A stretch of 64,000 nucleotides of DNA, from positions 128,001 to 192,000 of the forward strand of contig JBEKXL010000002.1 of the NCBI GenBank assembly GCA_049512075.1. Direction: 5' to 3'. The translations under genes were made by a program, and so were the position numbers. Positions 1 through 9,348 of this stretch are shown here, piece by piece. Below the pieces are notes generated by a model. The model ran no database searches, had not been told where the DNA came from, and saw nothing but the letters and a program-made list of their open reading frames with translations. Positions within the stretch are counted from its first letter, which is position 1, and every line of letters starts with the position of its first letter. The DNA comes from Candidatus Bathyarchaeia archaeon (GTDB lineage: Archaea; Thermoproteota; Bathyarchaeia; Bathyarchaeales; Bathycorpusculaceae).

Positions 1-9
1 GGTGAATAC

Positions 10-924
10 ATGCATCTGATTAACTTCAAGGAATTGACTGGACAACAACTCGCTGAAATCGTCGACAAAGGTGTCGAAATCAAGCGTGACCCAAACAAGT
101 ATCGGAAATCGTTAGATGGCAAGTCTCTGGCACTGATTTTTCAGAAGACCTCAACTAGGACACGGGTTTCCTTCGAGGTAGCCATGACTCAGCTCGGCGG
201 TCACGGGTTATTTATCGACTGGAGGACGACGAACTTTGCCCTCGCAGACATAGGCGACGAAACTCAGTATCTCTCACGCAACGTTGACTGCATAATGGCC
301 AGACTGCTGAAAAACGCAGATCTGCAAAGCATGGCCAGGAATTCACGCGTCGCTGTTATCAACGGCTGCGACGAGAAGTATCATCCCAGCCAGGCAATCG
401 CCGATTTAATTACGGTCAAAGAGAACAAGGGCAACTTGAAGGGTGCCAAACTCGTGTACATAGGCATCCATAACAACGTTTGCAACTCGCTCGTGGAAGG
501 CTGCACCAAGACGGGCGTCAGAATAACGACTGTGACGCCAATATTCAATGAGCCGGCACGTGACAAGGAGCTTCTGGAAGAGGCTCAGAGAACTGATCTT
601 TGGGAAACCACGCTTGACGTGAAGGCAGCCGTCAAGGATGCAGACTTCGTTTACACTGACACTTGGGTGGATATGGAATTCTTCACGGACCCGAAATTCG
701 CCGCGGAAAAGGAGAAACGTGTCAAGCTGATGATGCCCTACCAGTTGAACAAGGAATTGTTGAAGAACAGCAGCGCCTACGTGATGCACGACATGCCTAT
801 CCACAGGGAATACGAAATAACCGCGGAAGTTATTGAATGTCCAAAATCCGTGATATACGAACAGAGCGAGAACAGACTGTACTCCGCAAAAGCAATTCTG
901 CTGAAACTGTTAGACAAGTACTAG
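10..924 (+). CDS. argF: ornithine carbamoyltransferase
   Basis: STRTRVSFE carbamoyl-phosphate motif, HPSQ, YTDTW, MHDMP and QSENRL motifs of the OTCase family. Confidence 0.93.
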   Translation: MHLINFKELTGQQLAEIVDKGVEIKRDPNKYRKSLDGKSLALIFQKTSTRTRVSFEVAMTQLGGHGLFIDWRTTNFALADIGDETQYLSRNVDCIMARLLKNADLQSMARNSRVAVINGCDEKYHPSQAIADLITVKENKGNLKGAKLVYIGIHNNVCNSLVEGCTKTGVRITTVTPIFNEPARDKELLEEAQRTDLWETTLDVKAAVKDADFVYTDTWVDMEFFTDPKFAAEKEKRVKLMMPYQLNKELLKNSSAYVMHDMPIHREYEITAEVIECPKSVIYEQSENRLYSAKAILLKLLDKY

Positions 925-955
925 GCTGTTGGATTACAACATCCTCGTGCTAGGC

Positions 956-1861
956 TCATTTGAGGATCATTTGGACGAATCTTTCTGGATCGAACTCTTC
1001 TAAATCGTCGTACCCCTGCCCTGTTCCGATGAATAATATCGGTTTCTGAGTGACGTGCGTTACGCTCAGGGCTGAGCCGCCTTTAACGTCAGCGTCAACC
1101 TTGGTTAATATTGTGGCGTCTATTCCCACGCACTTGTTGAACTCTTCTGCCTGCATTACAGCATCGTTTCCGATGAGGGAATCCACAGTTAATACGGTCA
1201 GGTCTGGGTTTACGACTCGTTTGATTTTTGCCAGTTCATTCATCAGGTTCTGGTTTGTCTGCATTCGCCCCGCAGTGTCTATTAGGACGACGTTTATTCC
1301 GTGTGCCTTGGCGTGGCTTATCGTATCATACGCCACTGCGGCGGGGTCGGCGCCGTAAGCGTGCTTGATCATCTTTGTTCCCAGTCTTCTAGCGTGTTCC
1401 TCCAGTTGTTCGATGGAACCGGCTCGGTAAGTGTCGCTGCAGGCAATGACCGCTGAGTATCCTTTCTTGTTCAAGAACCGACAGACTTTGGCGATGGTTG
1501 TGGTTTTTCCCGTGCCGTTTATTCCTACAAAGACTATGACGTACGGTTCGCCCTTGGTTCGTTTCTCTTGAATGGCCTTCAGCAAATCTATCTTGCTGTT
1601 CGTCTGCATGGTTTCCAAAAGTACTTCTCGGAGGTTTTTCTCCACGATTTTTCTGCGATCTTCGAGTCGTTTGACTTGAACTTTGTCCAGACGTTTTTCC
1701 ATCTCGTCGCAGACCAGTTCTGCAACTGGGAAGGCAACATCGTTCTCGACGAGGTTCATCTTGAAATCGGAGAGCAGTGGCCGCAGGTTTTCAGGCTTGA
1801 GTTCAATTGTTGTGACCTTGTTTACGAGCCCTTTTAACCCAGATTTCAGCTTTTCAAACAT
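956..1861 (-). CDS. ftsY: SRP receptor GTPase FtsY
   Basis: GINGTGKTTT, DTYRAG, DTAGR, TKVDADVKGG and GTGQGYDDL SRP-GTPase motifs; conserved archaeal operon position. Confidence 0.96.
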   Translation of the reverse strand: MFEKLKSGLKGLVNKVTTIELKPENLRPLLSDFKMNLVENDVAFPVAELVCDEMEKRLDKVQVKRLEDRRKIVEKNLREVLLETMQTNSKIDLLKAIQEKRTKGEPYVIVFVGINGTGKTTTIAKVCRFLNKKGYSAVIACSDTYRAGSIEQLEEHARRLGTKMIKHAYGADPAAVAYDTISHAKAHGINVVLIDTAGRMQTNQNLMNELAKIKRVVNPDLTVLTVDSLIGNDAVMQAEEFNKCVGIDATILTKVDADVKGGSALSVTHVTQKPILFIGTGQGYDDLEEFDPERFVQMILK

Positions 1862-1862
1862 T

Positions 1863-2312
1863 TTAGGAAGTTTTCTCTCCTCTAACCGTGGCAGCTAGCT
1901 CCTCGAATCTTTCTCTGTCTTCATTGATTTTCTCTGCAACATGGGCGAATTGCTGCTGGGTTGATGTTCTTGCCTTCTCCAAGTCTTCCAGACGCTTTTT
2001 GATGGCATCCTTTGCTTCTTGGCGCGTTTTTTCAACCGAGACTCCCGCGCCTATTCCAACGATTATCTTGTCTGGATTGTCCAGTTTTGCCCTGATGTAC
2101 GAGGTGCCGCCGATTGGGACAAGAAGCTCAGAGTTCTCTTTTTCTTTTTCCAAACTCTCCAACGTCATGTTCGCATAGGTCAAGTCCTGGGTAACAGCGT
2201 TTAACATGCTAAGTCTAGACTGTAACGCCTCTGCCGTCTGCTCGAGAAATCGTAGTTCAACGCTTATCTTTCGAATCTCTTCCTCGTTCTTGCTAGCCAA
2301 CCTGTTCCTCAC
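1863..2312 (-). CDS. pfdA: prefoldin subunit alpha
   Basis: coiled coil with LLVPIGG...IIVGIGAGVSVEK beta hairpins; lies between rpl18a and ftsY. Confidence 0.93.
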   Translation of the reverse strand: MRNRLASKNEEEIRKISVELRFLEQTAEALQSRLSMLNAVTQDLTYANMTLESLEKEKENSELLVPIGGTSYIRAKLDNPDKIIVGIGAGVSVEKTRQEAKDAIKKRLEDLEKARTSTQQQFAHVAEKINEDRERFEELAATVRGEKTS

Positions 2313-2541
2313 CAGTGACTAATTTCTTCAGCAACGGATTCTCTATCTGGTCAGGAGGGACCTCTTCGACGCTTGTTATCTTTATGTGGCAACGCTTAAC
2401 ACGATGTTTGCTTCCTATCTCAGCATAAACCTTTTCCACGGCGTGCTCGGGTTTCTCCGCCACGATCTCCTTTCCAAAAGGAGTCTTCAGGTTCGGTTTC
2501 AGGATTTCACCTGTTACTCTGAAAACTTTCAATCTCTTCAT
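2293..2541 (-). CDS. rpl18a: 50S ribosomal protein L18Ae (LX)
   Basis: AVEKVYAEIGSKHRVKR motif; operon context. Confidence 0.93.
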   Translation of the reverse strand: MKRLKVFRVTGEILKPNLKTPFGKEIVAEKPEHAVEKVYAEIGSKHRVKRCHIKITSVEEVPPDQIENPLLKKLVTGEEQVG

Positions 2542-3214
2542 CCTCTTTTACAACATCCAAAGCATTCCCAATTATAAACATCTCGGGTCCTGTTGTTAGC
2601 AGACCAGCAACGGCGGCATGGCTGTTTGCGATGAGACCCGTTCCAACATAGGGTATTCCACAGTTTATCGAGCCAACATCGACTGGAACTTTCAACACAT
2701 CTTCCAAGGTTTTCCTTTCCTGCTCCTTCAACAACGGATGCGCTAAAACGCCTTTGTTTGTGGCCACTGCCAGGGAGCCAACATAGGGCAGTCCGGCAAT
2801 TTCGCTCGGAACCGTCTCAACGCACAGAGTCTCAGATATGGTCTGCACGTCCGAACTCTTCAATCGTGGATCAACGATTGCGCCGTGATCGTTTGCCAGA
2901 ACCAGGTTTCCATACGCGGTTTTCCTGGTCTCCATTATCGTTATGTTCCCTTCAAAGCCGCACCTTATGCTTTGAAGCTCCTCTTCTCGAACGAAGCTGG
3001 GAAGCAGGATTCCGTTTGAATTCGCATAGGCAAGCGCACCGGCAAGGATTGAGCCTCCGATTGCCGTGTGTACTAGCTTGACTCTTAACCATTGGCTGAG
3101 TCTCTCAGCCTTTTTTGTTGGTACCGATTTTGGAACTATGAGCATCTTTTCTGTTGCCAAGGAGTAGACACCTATGCTCGGGGTTCCGATAAGGCTCGAC
3201 AGGTATATGGCCAA
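2507..3214 (-). CDS. eif6: translation initiation factor aIF-6
   Basis: GNLVLANDHGA, VGSLAVATNKG and GSINCGIPYVGTGLIAN repeats; operon context. Confidence 0.95.
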   Translation of the reverse strand: MAIYLSSLIGTPSIGVYSLATEKMLIVPKSVPTKKAERLSQWLRVKLVHTAIGGSILAGALAYANSNGILLPSFVREEELQSIRCGFEGNITIMETRKTAYGNLVLANDHGAIVDPRLKSSDVQTISETLCVETVPSEIAGLPYVGSLAVATNKGVLAHPLLKEQERKTLEDVLKVPVDVGSINCGIPYVGTGLIANSHAAVAGLLTTGPEMFIIGNALDVVKEDEEIESFQSNR

Positions 3215-3217
3215 GGA

Positions 3218-3769
3218 TTAATCTCCTTCGGCCAGATAAACCGTGATATTGCCATCCTTGTCTTTTGCAGCCCTTACCCGAATTTTCCTCGGAGGCTTCT
3301 CCACGCCCCTTTCCCAAACCTTCTCATTCACTTCGTTGCTGATAATGAGTTTTGGAGGTTCTTCTTCTTCCTCTTCTCCTTCTTTTTTGGCTTCCAGCTT
3401 CATGTGTTTTGTTATGAAGGCTCTGATCATCCGCATCGCTCTGGGCGTTCTTTTCCTCGGCGGCATAATCCAAGCTTTCCCCAGTGGAACCGTGTAGATT
3501 CTTTCTTCAACTATTTCTTCTTCCTCAGGCTTCTCTTCCCGTAAGGGCGGCTTGCCTTCTTCCTTTTCCTCGCTGGGTGCCTGCGCCTCTTCCTCCTTGG
3601 GTTCAGCTTCTTCTGGAGTTTCCTCTTCTTTTTCTGTCTTCTCTTCCAGTGTCTCTTCAGCAGTTTCAGTCATTTCTTCTTCTGTTTCTTGAGCTTTCTG
3701 TTCTTCTTTTTTGCTCTCCTCTTCAGCCAAGCCTTTCCCTCCTAGGCCCTTATTTTCCTCTGTCGCCAT
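3218..3769 (-). CDS. rpl31e: 50S ribosomal protein L31e with long acidic N-terminal extension (start probably ATG 3769, not 3823)
   Basis: ERIYTVPL...KRTPRAM...ISNEVNEKVWERGVEKPPRKIRVRA core; the longer ORF start would lie deep inside rpl39e. Confidence 0.9.
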   Translation of the reverse strand: MATEENKGLGGKGLAEEESKKEEQKAQETEEEMTETAEETLEEKTEKEEETPEEAEPKEEEAQAPSEEKEEGKPPLREEKPEEEEIVEERIYTVPLGKAWIMPPRKRTPRAMRMIRAFITKHMKLEAKKEGEEEEEEPPKLIISNEVNEKVWERGVEKPPRKIRVRAAKDKDGNITVYLAEGD

Positions 3770-3897
3770 TGTCTTCTCTTGGGGTGTGCTCTGAATTTGC
3801 CTCCCGTTCTGGCCATAACCCACGTTGGCACTGGTTTCTTCTCCTTTCCCGCTTTTGCAAGCCTGCGTTTCTTTGCCGTTGGCTTATTTCGGGTCAT
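3742..3897 (-). CDS. rpl39e: 50S ribosomal protein L39e (51 aa, not in the ORF track)
   Basis: hand translation MTRNKPTAKKRRLAKAGKEKKPVPTWVMARTGGKFRAHPKRRQWRQRKIRA*; canonical position upstream of L31e. Confidence 0.92.
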   Translation of the reverse strand: MTRNKPTAKKRRLAKAGKEKKPVPTWVMARTGGKFRAHPKRRQWRQRKIRA

Positions 3898-3899
3898 CT

Positions 3900-4238
3900 T
3901 TATCTCCTTCTTATTGTGGTTTCTCGCTTACGCGATTGAAGCTGGGCCAGTATTTTCTTGAGCTGCTCATCCGCCAACGGGATTGGTATTTTCCCCTGCT
4001 GTGCCAACTGGATAAGCTGCAACTCTAGTTGATCTGTGAATTCAGGCTTTACCATTTTCAGGTTCGTCAACCTCTGCCTGGCCTCGGGCGATAATATATT
4101 TCTCAGCAATGCCTGTTTCTGCTGTTCCAGCTGTTGCTCCATCTGGGCGCTTCTCTGCTCGTCCGACATTTGTCTCTGAAGCGCTGAGAGTTTTTTTCTG
4201 CGGAGTTGTTCCAGTTCTTCATCTGACATTTCACTCAC
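3900..4238 (-). CDS. PDCD5-like dsDNA-binding protein
   Basis: ILSPEARQRLTNLKMVKPE...LELQLIQLAQQG motif; conserved position after rps19e. Confidence 0.92.
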   Translation of the reverse strand: MSEMSDEELEQLRRKKLSALQRQMSDEQRSAQMEQQLEQQKQALLRNILSPEARQRLTNLKMVKPEFTDQLELQLIQLAQQGKIPIPLADEQLKKILAQLQSRKRETTIRRR

Positions 4239-4737
4239 CTTTTTGGTACTTCTCCAGTTCTGGAAGCTCCTTCACCAATTCTCTACTCAGCTCTTCAGCC
4301 AGTTCCTGCAGAAGCTTTCTTCCCTCTCGGGTCAGTCTCCTTCCGCGGGGTTTGAACGTTTCAATGTAACCAGCAGTTTCCAACTGTTGAAGTGCCTTTC
4401 TTATCGTTGAGCCGCCTGCTTTGGCTGCATGTCCGGGTTTGACTCCGTAGTTCTTTCTTCCGCCGTAGTCAGCTCTCAGTTTTTCAATACCTATCGGGCC
4501 GTGGATGTAGATTTTTCTCAGCAAAGAAGCCGACCGCACGTACCACCAGTCTGGATCCTGTGGCTGCTTTTCAACGTGGGTGCCCGTTTTTGCCATGCTC
4601 GCCCATGCTGGCGGAGTTACAGTATCCACGTTTTCTTTCAGGTACTTGGCTAGTTTTTCTATGAGCTTGGACGCTGGAACATCGTTAGGGGTTATCAAGA
4701 CTCTTTGTCCTCTTGGCGTTTCTTCCAGTAAAATCAT
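4231..4737 (-). CDS. rps19e: 30S ribosomal protein S19e (true start probably TTG 4698)
   Basis: PAWASMAKTG, DWWYVRSASLLRKIY, YGGRK and ALQQLE motifs. Confidence 0.96.
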   Translation of the reverse strand: MILLEETPRGQRVLITPNDVPASKLIEKLAKYLKENVDTVTPPAWASMAKTGTHVEKQPQDPDWWYVRSASLLRKIYIHGPIGIEKLRADYGGRKNYGVKPGHAAKAGGSTIRKALQQLETAGYIETFKPRGRRLTREGRKLLQELAEELSRELVKELPELEKYQKGE

Positions 4738-4757
4738 GAAGCCTCATATAAAGGCTT

Positions 4758-5039
4758 TCACTTTTTGTCAGATTTGTAAAGCATGAAGGTGTGGCCTCTA
4801 ACTTCAACCAATGATGCTGCTGTTTGTTCGGCAATCTTCATGGCAATCTGCTTTGCTTCTTCATGGGCAAGGGCGGTTTTCAAGATCCTAACCTTAACCA
4901 TTTCTTGTCTCTTCAACTGTTTCTCGATTTCCTCCAATACGTCCTTTGAGGCGCCGCTCTTGCCAACGCACACCGCGGACTTTCCTTGGGCAAGCGTGCT
5001 TTTAACGTACCGTTTCTTTGCAACAGTCACTTTGCTCAT
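4758..5039 (-). CDS. YhbY/CRM-domain RNA-binding protein
   Basis: VGKSG...EIEKQLKRQEMVKVRIL...VEVRGHTFMLY. Confidence 0.9.
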   Translation of the reverse strand: MSKVTVAKKRYVKSTLAQGKSAVCVGKSGASKDVLEEIEKQLKRQEMVKVRILKTALAHEEAKQIAMKIAEQTAASLVEVRGHTFMLYKSDKK

Positions 5040-5380
5040 TGCTCTCTTCTTCCTTCTCTTTTTGAAAGGGGGATTCGCGTCTGTCTCCCACAGTTGAGAC
5101 AGGTAATCACGACGTGCGGTTCTCTCAGCTGCTTTACTCGCACGCGACAGTTGACACCGGGCAAGATGAAGCTTTTGCAGTGCCTGCAGATTTGACGTCT
5201 GTACTGTGTTGGTAGACGAATCTTTGCCGCCATAGCTATTCTTCTAGCTATATTCACGTATCGTTGGGCCAGCACTGGGTCTTGATCCACAGTTTCTTCT
5301 GCCAAGCCGAAAAGCGTTTGAACACGTTGCCTCGCTATGCTTCTGGTGTTGTCGTTCACCCTGCCACCCTTCTCTGCCAA
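5036..5380 (-). CDS. rnp4: RNase P protein component 4 (Rpp21)
   Basis: IARQRV...LAQRYV...CRHC...PGVNCRVR...CLNCG zinc ribbon. Confidence 0.93.
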   Translation of the reverse strand: MAEKGGRVNDNTRSIARQRVQTLFGLAEETVDQDPVLAQRYVNIARRIAMAAKIRLPTQYRRQICRHCKSFILPGVNCRVRVKQLREPHVVITCLNCGRQTRIPLSKREGRREQ

Positions 5381-5823
5381 GTCTCTGCTTAATACATCTG
5401 ACGTAGTTGCTCTTCCAATGTAAACGTTTCTCAGACTCGTCTTGTTTCTGGCCCTGCGTTTCCCCTTTCTTTGGGAGCGCGCGCCGGTTCTGTGTCTTCC
5501 GTTTGTAGATAGGTTAGGAGAGTTCCAGTAGCGCTCTCTCTCGTCTACCTCCTAGCAAGACGAAGACGGATGCAACGTGGGAAGCTTGGCTTCTGACTGC
5601 AAAATGTTTGGTGTCTGAGTGTGCGGCTTTGCTTCAGGAAAACTCTGTGACCTCTGAAGGCTTCGGCGCTGACCCCCCCCTCCTTTTTCGTAACATCACA
5701 TAACATTGTTTTGTCACGAGCCTCGAAGGGATAGGCGCGCGGGGGAAAGAGCTCAAAGAAAAAGGAAGCTTATCTCGACAGGAAAAGATTTGAATAGGCT
5801 CAGGTTTCTCTTAAAACTGGTGT

Positions 5824-6072
5824 TTGGAATTGGGTGAACTCAAGACAATAGTTGCGAAGATCGAATCTGACATGCTGAGTGTTCCTGAAGAGGTTAGGGA
5901 GATACTCGGCCACGACACCAGGCTCATCGTTGGCACGGCCGCAGTCCTCGCGTTTTCAGCTGGCACTTCTTACGCAGATATCCTTAGGAGTGTCGAATTA
6001 ATACAGGATGACCTAAAACTTCGTATGGCCAAGGAAAAATCAGGAACATCAAAACCAAGACGTTCCAAGTAG
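5824..6072 (+). CDS. small hypothetical protein, possibly AbrB-like DNA-binding
   Basis: SVPEEVREILG resembles the AbrB IPxxxR motif; weak. Confidence 0.45.
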   Translation: MELGELKTIVAKIESDMLSVPEEVREILGHDTRLIVGTAAVLAFSAGTSYADILRSVELIQDDLKLRMAKEKSGTSKPRRSK

Positions 6073-6273
6073 AGAGTAACAATCGCTGAGAACCGTGTTT
6101 TCTTGAAATGTGCAAATGGAATAATCTAGGAGGTCCTAGACTCTTAACAAGCGTATTGAACTCTATTGTTGTCCGCGAAGAACCATGTTCCATGGGATTG
6201 TGGGCGTTTTGATTATTGGTTTGGCGCTTCTCGAGATTTAATGTTTATATGTTCTAATGTCTAAGATTCTTTC

Positions 6274-7158
6274 ATGCAGCGTAGGCGTAGGAAGTCTCAT
6301 AACCTCAGGAATGCAGTAATCGTCATAATCCTATTGATCTTTATCATCAGCGTAGTCGTAGTGGCCTACCAGATGGGTGCGCGCGCGGGGCCTCCGATAT
6401 ATTCCGATGTCTCAACCACTTCAACGAAGGCGGCTTCCGCGTGTGCTTTCAGTGTTCTGTGGGCGGGTAACACGAACGTGAGCGGCTACATTTTTGGAAC
6501 GAACAACACGGGCGCATTCGTTAATGACACTTGGACGCCGTTCATCGATTTCGCGAATCAGACTTCCGCTTATTCCAGGGTGACGGAGACCTTGGACAAC
6601 ACAATTGGCGATGTTGTTAGCTGGGGCTTCTGGTGTAATGATACGAGTAACCGCTGGAGCGAGATTCCATTGCAGACCCTTTATGTCGTCACAGACAAGG
6701 TTCTCATCGAGACAAACATGGGAAACATAACGATTCTGTTGTTTGACGACATGCCCATCACAACGGGAAACTTCAAGAATCTGGTAAGAACAGGAGTGTA
6801 TGACGGAACAAACTTCACCCGAGTTGCTCCGGGTTTTGTGATTCAAGGCGGGGACGCTACGCCTAAGGCAGTGCAGAATATTACTGATGAACTTCCTAAC
6901 AAGCACAGCAACCTGCGGGGCTACGTGGCCATGGCGAAGACAAACGAGACCAACTCTGCTACGAGCCAGTTTTTCATTAACTTGAACGATTCAAACGCTG
7001 CCTTCTTGGACAGCAATTACTCGGTGTTCGGCAAAGTAATAGCAGGCATGGACGTCGTGGACGCGATCAGCCAGGTGCCATTCACTCCGGTTCTATCCGC
7101 GACTGATGGCACACCGATACAGCCAGTGACGATGATAAAGGTAATGTTCATAAGCTGA
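6274..7158 (+). CDS. membrane-anchored cyclophilin-type peptidyl-prolyl isomerase with extra extracellular domain
   Basis: N-terminal TM helix; C-terminal ETNMGNI...YDGTNFTRVAPGFVIQGGD...VAMAK...SATSQFFIN...YSVFGKVIAGMDVVD. Confidence 0.9.
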   Translation: MQRRRRKSHNLRNAVIVIILLIFIISVVVVAYQMGARAGPPIYSDVSTTSTKAASACAFSVLWAGNTNVSGYIFGTNNTGAFVNDTWTPFIDFANQTSAYSRVTETLDNTIGDVVSWGFWCNDTSNRWSEIPLQTLYVVTDKVLIETNMGNITILLFDDMPITTGNFKNLVRTGVYDGTNFTRVAPGFVIQGGDATPKAVQNITDELPNKHSNLRGYVAMAKTNETNSATSQFFINLNDSNAAFLDSNYSVFGKVIAGMDVVDAISQVPFTPVLSATDGTPIQPVTMIKVMFIS

Positions 7159-7211
7159 CTGGGTCGAGCAGCCTATCACATGTTCCAGCATACACACGGG
7201 ATTCTTATGAA

Positions 7212-7574
7212 GTGGAGAATAACCTAGCGGACAGCAATATCCATGTGTTGCTTGCTGAAGCAGATGGCGAGATAATGGCCTATGTCCAAGGCGAAGTTAC
7301 GAGCAGAAGTGACTACATGCCAAGGAATGTTGGTCATGTCCCGCTTATTTACGGCGTGAAACAGTTCAAAAGAAAAGGTGTTGGAAGACTTCTGGTGAAG
7401 GAACTCTGCAGATTCTTTAGCTCAAACAACGCTGAACACTTGACTGTAAGATACATTATCGGCAATAAGGAAACTGAGAGTTTCTGGAGAAAGCTTGGGT
7501 TTGAGTCAATAATAACGACGAGTGCCACTTATCTAAAGAAATTGGATTTCAACCTGAAAGCCATGGCCATCTAG
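7212..7574 (+). CDS. GNAT acetyltransferase (possibly N-terminally truncated)
   Basis: FKRKGVGRLLV acetyl-CoA motif and N...FWRKLGF. Confidence 0.7.
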   Translation: MENNLADSNIHVLLAEADGEIMAYVQGEVTSRSDYMPRNVGHVPLIYGVKQFKRKGVGRLLVKELCRFFSSNNAEHLTVRYIIGNKETESFWRKLGFESIITTSATYLKKLDFNLKAMAI

Positions 7575-7625
7575 ACAGATGAGTTACAAGTAACAAGAAC
7601 AGTTTTCTTGCGCGCGCGTAAATTA

Positions 7626-7649
7626 GTGCGGGGGGTGGGATTCGAACCC
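7626..7649 (-). repeat. att direct repeat: 24-bp copy of the tRNA-Leu 3' end
   Basis: GTGCGGGGGGTGGGATTCGAACCC identical to 12868-12891. Confidence 0.92.
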
Positions 7650-7736
7650 CCAAATAAGTGGCGATATCGCCAATTAAGCGTTTCTTCGCAGCTTCTCTCC
7701 CTTTTTTCCAAAAAATCGAATCTGGGCTCTGGCTAG

Positions 7737-8639
7737 GTGCTGTTTTTGGCTGAGTCTAGTGCAAGTAAAAATTTTCGCTCTCGGATGTCAAAAGTCAAAT
7801 TTGACTTCAGTACTGTTCGGACCCGCGTTATTCCGATCCTGAAGCGGGTTGAGGTTGAGGACTACCCAGCTAAGATTGGGCGCATGTATGGTTGGAGCCG
7901 TCAACATGTATGCTACTACTTGAGGAAGCTTGAAAAGTGTGGTTTGGTGAAGCGGAAGGTTCGCAGTCGTGCCGTTTTCTATGAGTTGACGGGTCGAGGT
8001 AAAACTTTTCTCGCATCATGTGAGGACGTCGTCTTCGGTAGCGGTGTGTACCGGCTAGATAGGTGCCAGGTGCGGTTTGTGATTGTGAGTGAGGGTTGTT
8101 TGCCCGTGGATTTTAGGCGTGTGGAGATGGTGAATTGGACGGCTTTGTTGGGGTTGGAGCAGGGTGTTAGGGTTAGGCATACGAGTCGGAGTTGGATTGT
8201 GCACGTGGAGACCTTGTATGGGAAGCATCCGGGAGAGTTGTTTGTCTCGGCGAAGAACCTTGCTGACCGTGTGGCCAAGAGTTTGATGATGAAGTACGGT
8301 TGCAAGTTGAGTGACGGTGAAGTTTGCAGGGGGTATGAGCTAAAGGTTGATGATCCAGTGGCCAGGCTGCTTGCAAGGTACTTCTGCATTAGCACGCCGG
8401 AGAGAAAGATAGATCATAGTCCAGGCGTCGGGGAAGGTGAGCTGGAGCATTTCAGTAGAGACGCTGCGGTTGAGTATTTGCTTATGCCGGAGCGTGTGAA
8501 GAAGCTCGAGGGTCAAGTGCAAGCGTTGCATGTGGATCTGGAAGAGCGGCTAACCGGGACTCTCCGAAAACTGTTGAATATTGAAGGCGCTGCGGGGCCG
8601 AGTTCTGATCAGGGCAATCTGGATAGATATGTGAGTTAG
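7737..8639 (+). CDS. N-terminal winged-HTH protein with uncharacterised C-terminal domain (element core gene)
   Basis: PAKIGRMYGWSRQHVCYYLRKLEKCGLV...YELTGRG wHTH; first gene inside the att repeat. Confidence 0.7.
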   Translation: MLFLAESSASKNFRSRMSKVKFDFSTVRTRVIPILKRVEVEDYPAKIGRMYGWSRQHVCYYLRKLEKCGLVKRKVRSRAVFYELTGRGKTFLASCEDVVFGSGVYRLDRCQVRFVIVSEGCLPVDFRRVEMVNWTALLGLEQGVRVRHTSRSWIVHVETLYGKHPGELFVSAKNLADRVAKSLMMKYGCKLSDGEVCRGYELKVDDPVARLLARYFCISTPERKIDHSPGVGEGELEHFSRDAAVEYLLMPERVKKLEGQVQALHVDLEERLTGTLRKLLNIEGAAGPSSDQGNLDRYVS

Positions 8640-8783
8640 GGGTGTTTCGGGAAGTGGTATTGTGTTCAAAGTCTGTTTTGGAGCTGGCGTTTAGGCATGG
8701 TAAAAGTCCATGCTTTTTGGGTTGTGCGTTTCTTGTCCTTGTCAATGTAGGTTGGCCATGCTCAGGTTTCACTTTCCTCAACA

Positions 8784-9281
8784 TTGTCACTATACTATGG
8801 TGAGCTTTTCGGTATGGAAGTGAACGCTGAGCCTGTTCCAACACCGAGAAAAAAGCGTTTGCAAGAGATGAAAATTGGCCGAGTCAAGTACACTTTGCAG
8901 TTGGTTAAAGGGATTCAGCGTGACATCGAAGAGATTAAGATGATGCAACGCACCATTCTTGCGGGTCTCAAAGGCCTCTTTCATTTTGAAAAGCCCATGA
9001 TTCAGAAGATTGCTTGTGTCGACGAGGTTGACATGGAGTTGTTGGAACTGCTCTTTGAGGCGGGCAACGCCGGGCTGTTGCCAAAGGACCTTGCAACCCG
9101 TTTGGGTCGGTTCAGAGTTAGGCGACACCAAGTCAGCCGGAGAATTCTCAGAATGAACAAGCGCCTCGAGCGGGAACTTGGTGAACGAGTTGCAGAAAAA
9201 AGGGGATGGCACTGGGCTCTAACTGGTTTCGCATTCGAGGTCTGGGGAGACGAGGAAACACAAGAAGGCAACGCATTGTAG
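8784..9281 (+). CDS. hypothetical HTH-like protein (start probably ATG 8814)
   Basis: GLLPKDLATRL...RHQVSRRILRMN...KRGWHWALT resembles a winged helix. Confidence 0.55.
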   Translation: MSLYYGELFGMEVNAEPVPTPRKKRLQEMKIGRVKYTLQLVKGIQRDIEEIKMMQRTILAGLKGLFHFEKPMIQKIACVDEVDMELLELLFEAGNAGLLPKDLATRLGRFRVRRHQVSRRILRMNKRLERELGERVAEKRGWHWALTGFAFEVWGDEETQEGNAL

Positions 9282-9348
9282 GAAACATCGGTCCATTTGT
9301 GCACACACTGTTAATGCGATTAGCGCGCGCGATAGACTTTATATTCAC

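Noticed and set aside
3545-3769. Glu-rich low-complexity N-terminal extension on L31e
   Set aside because: Acidic extensions on ribosomal proteins are not unusual in archaea; no sign of a separate element.
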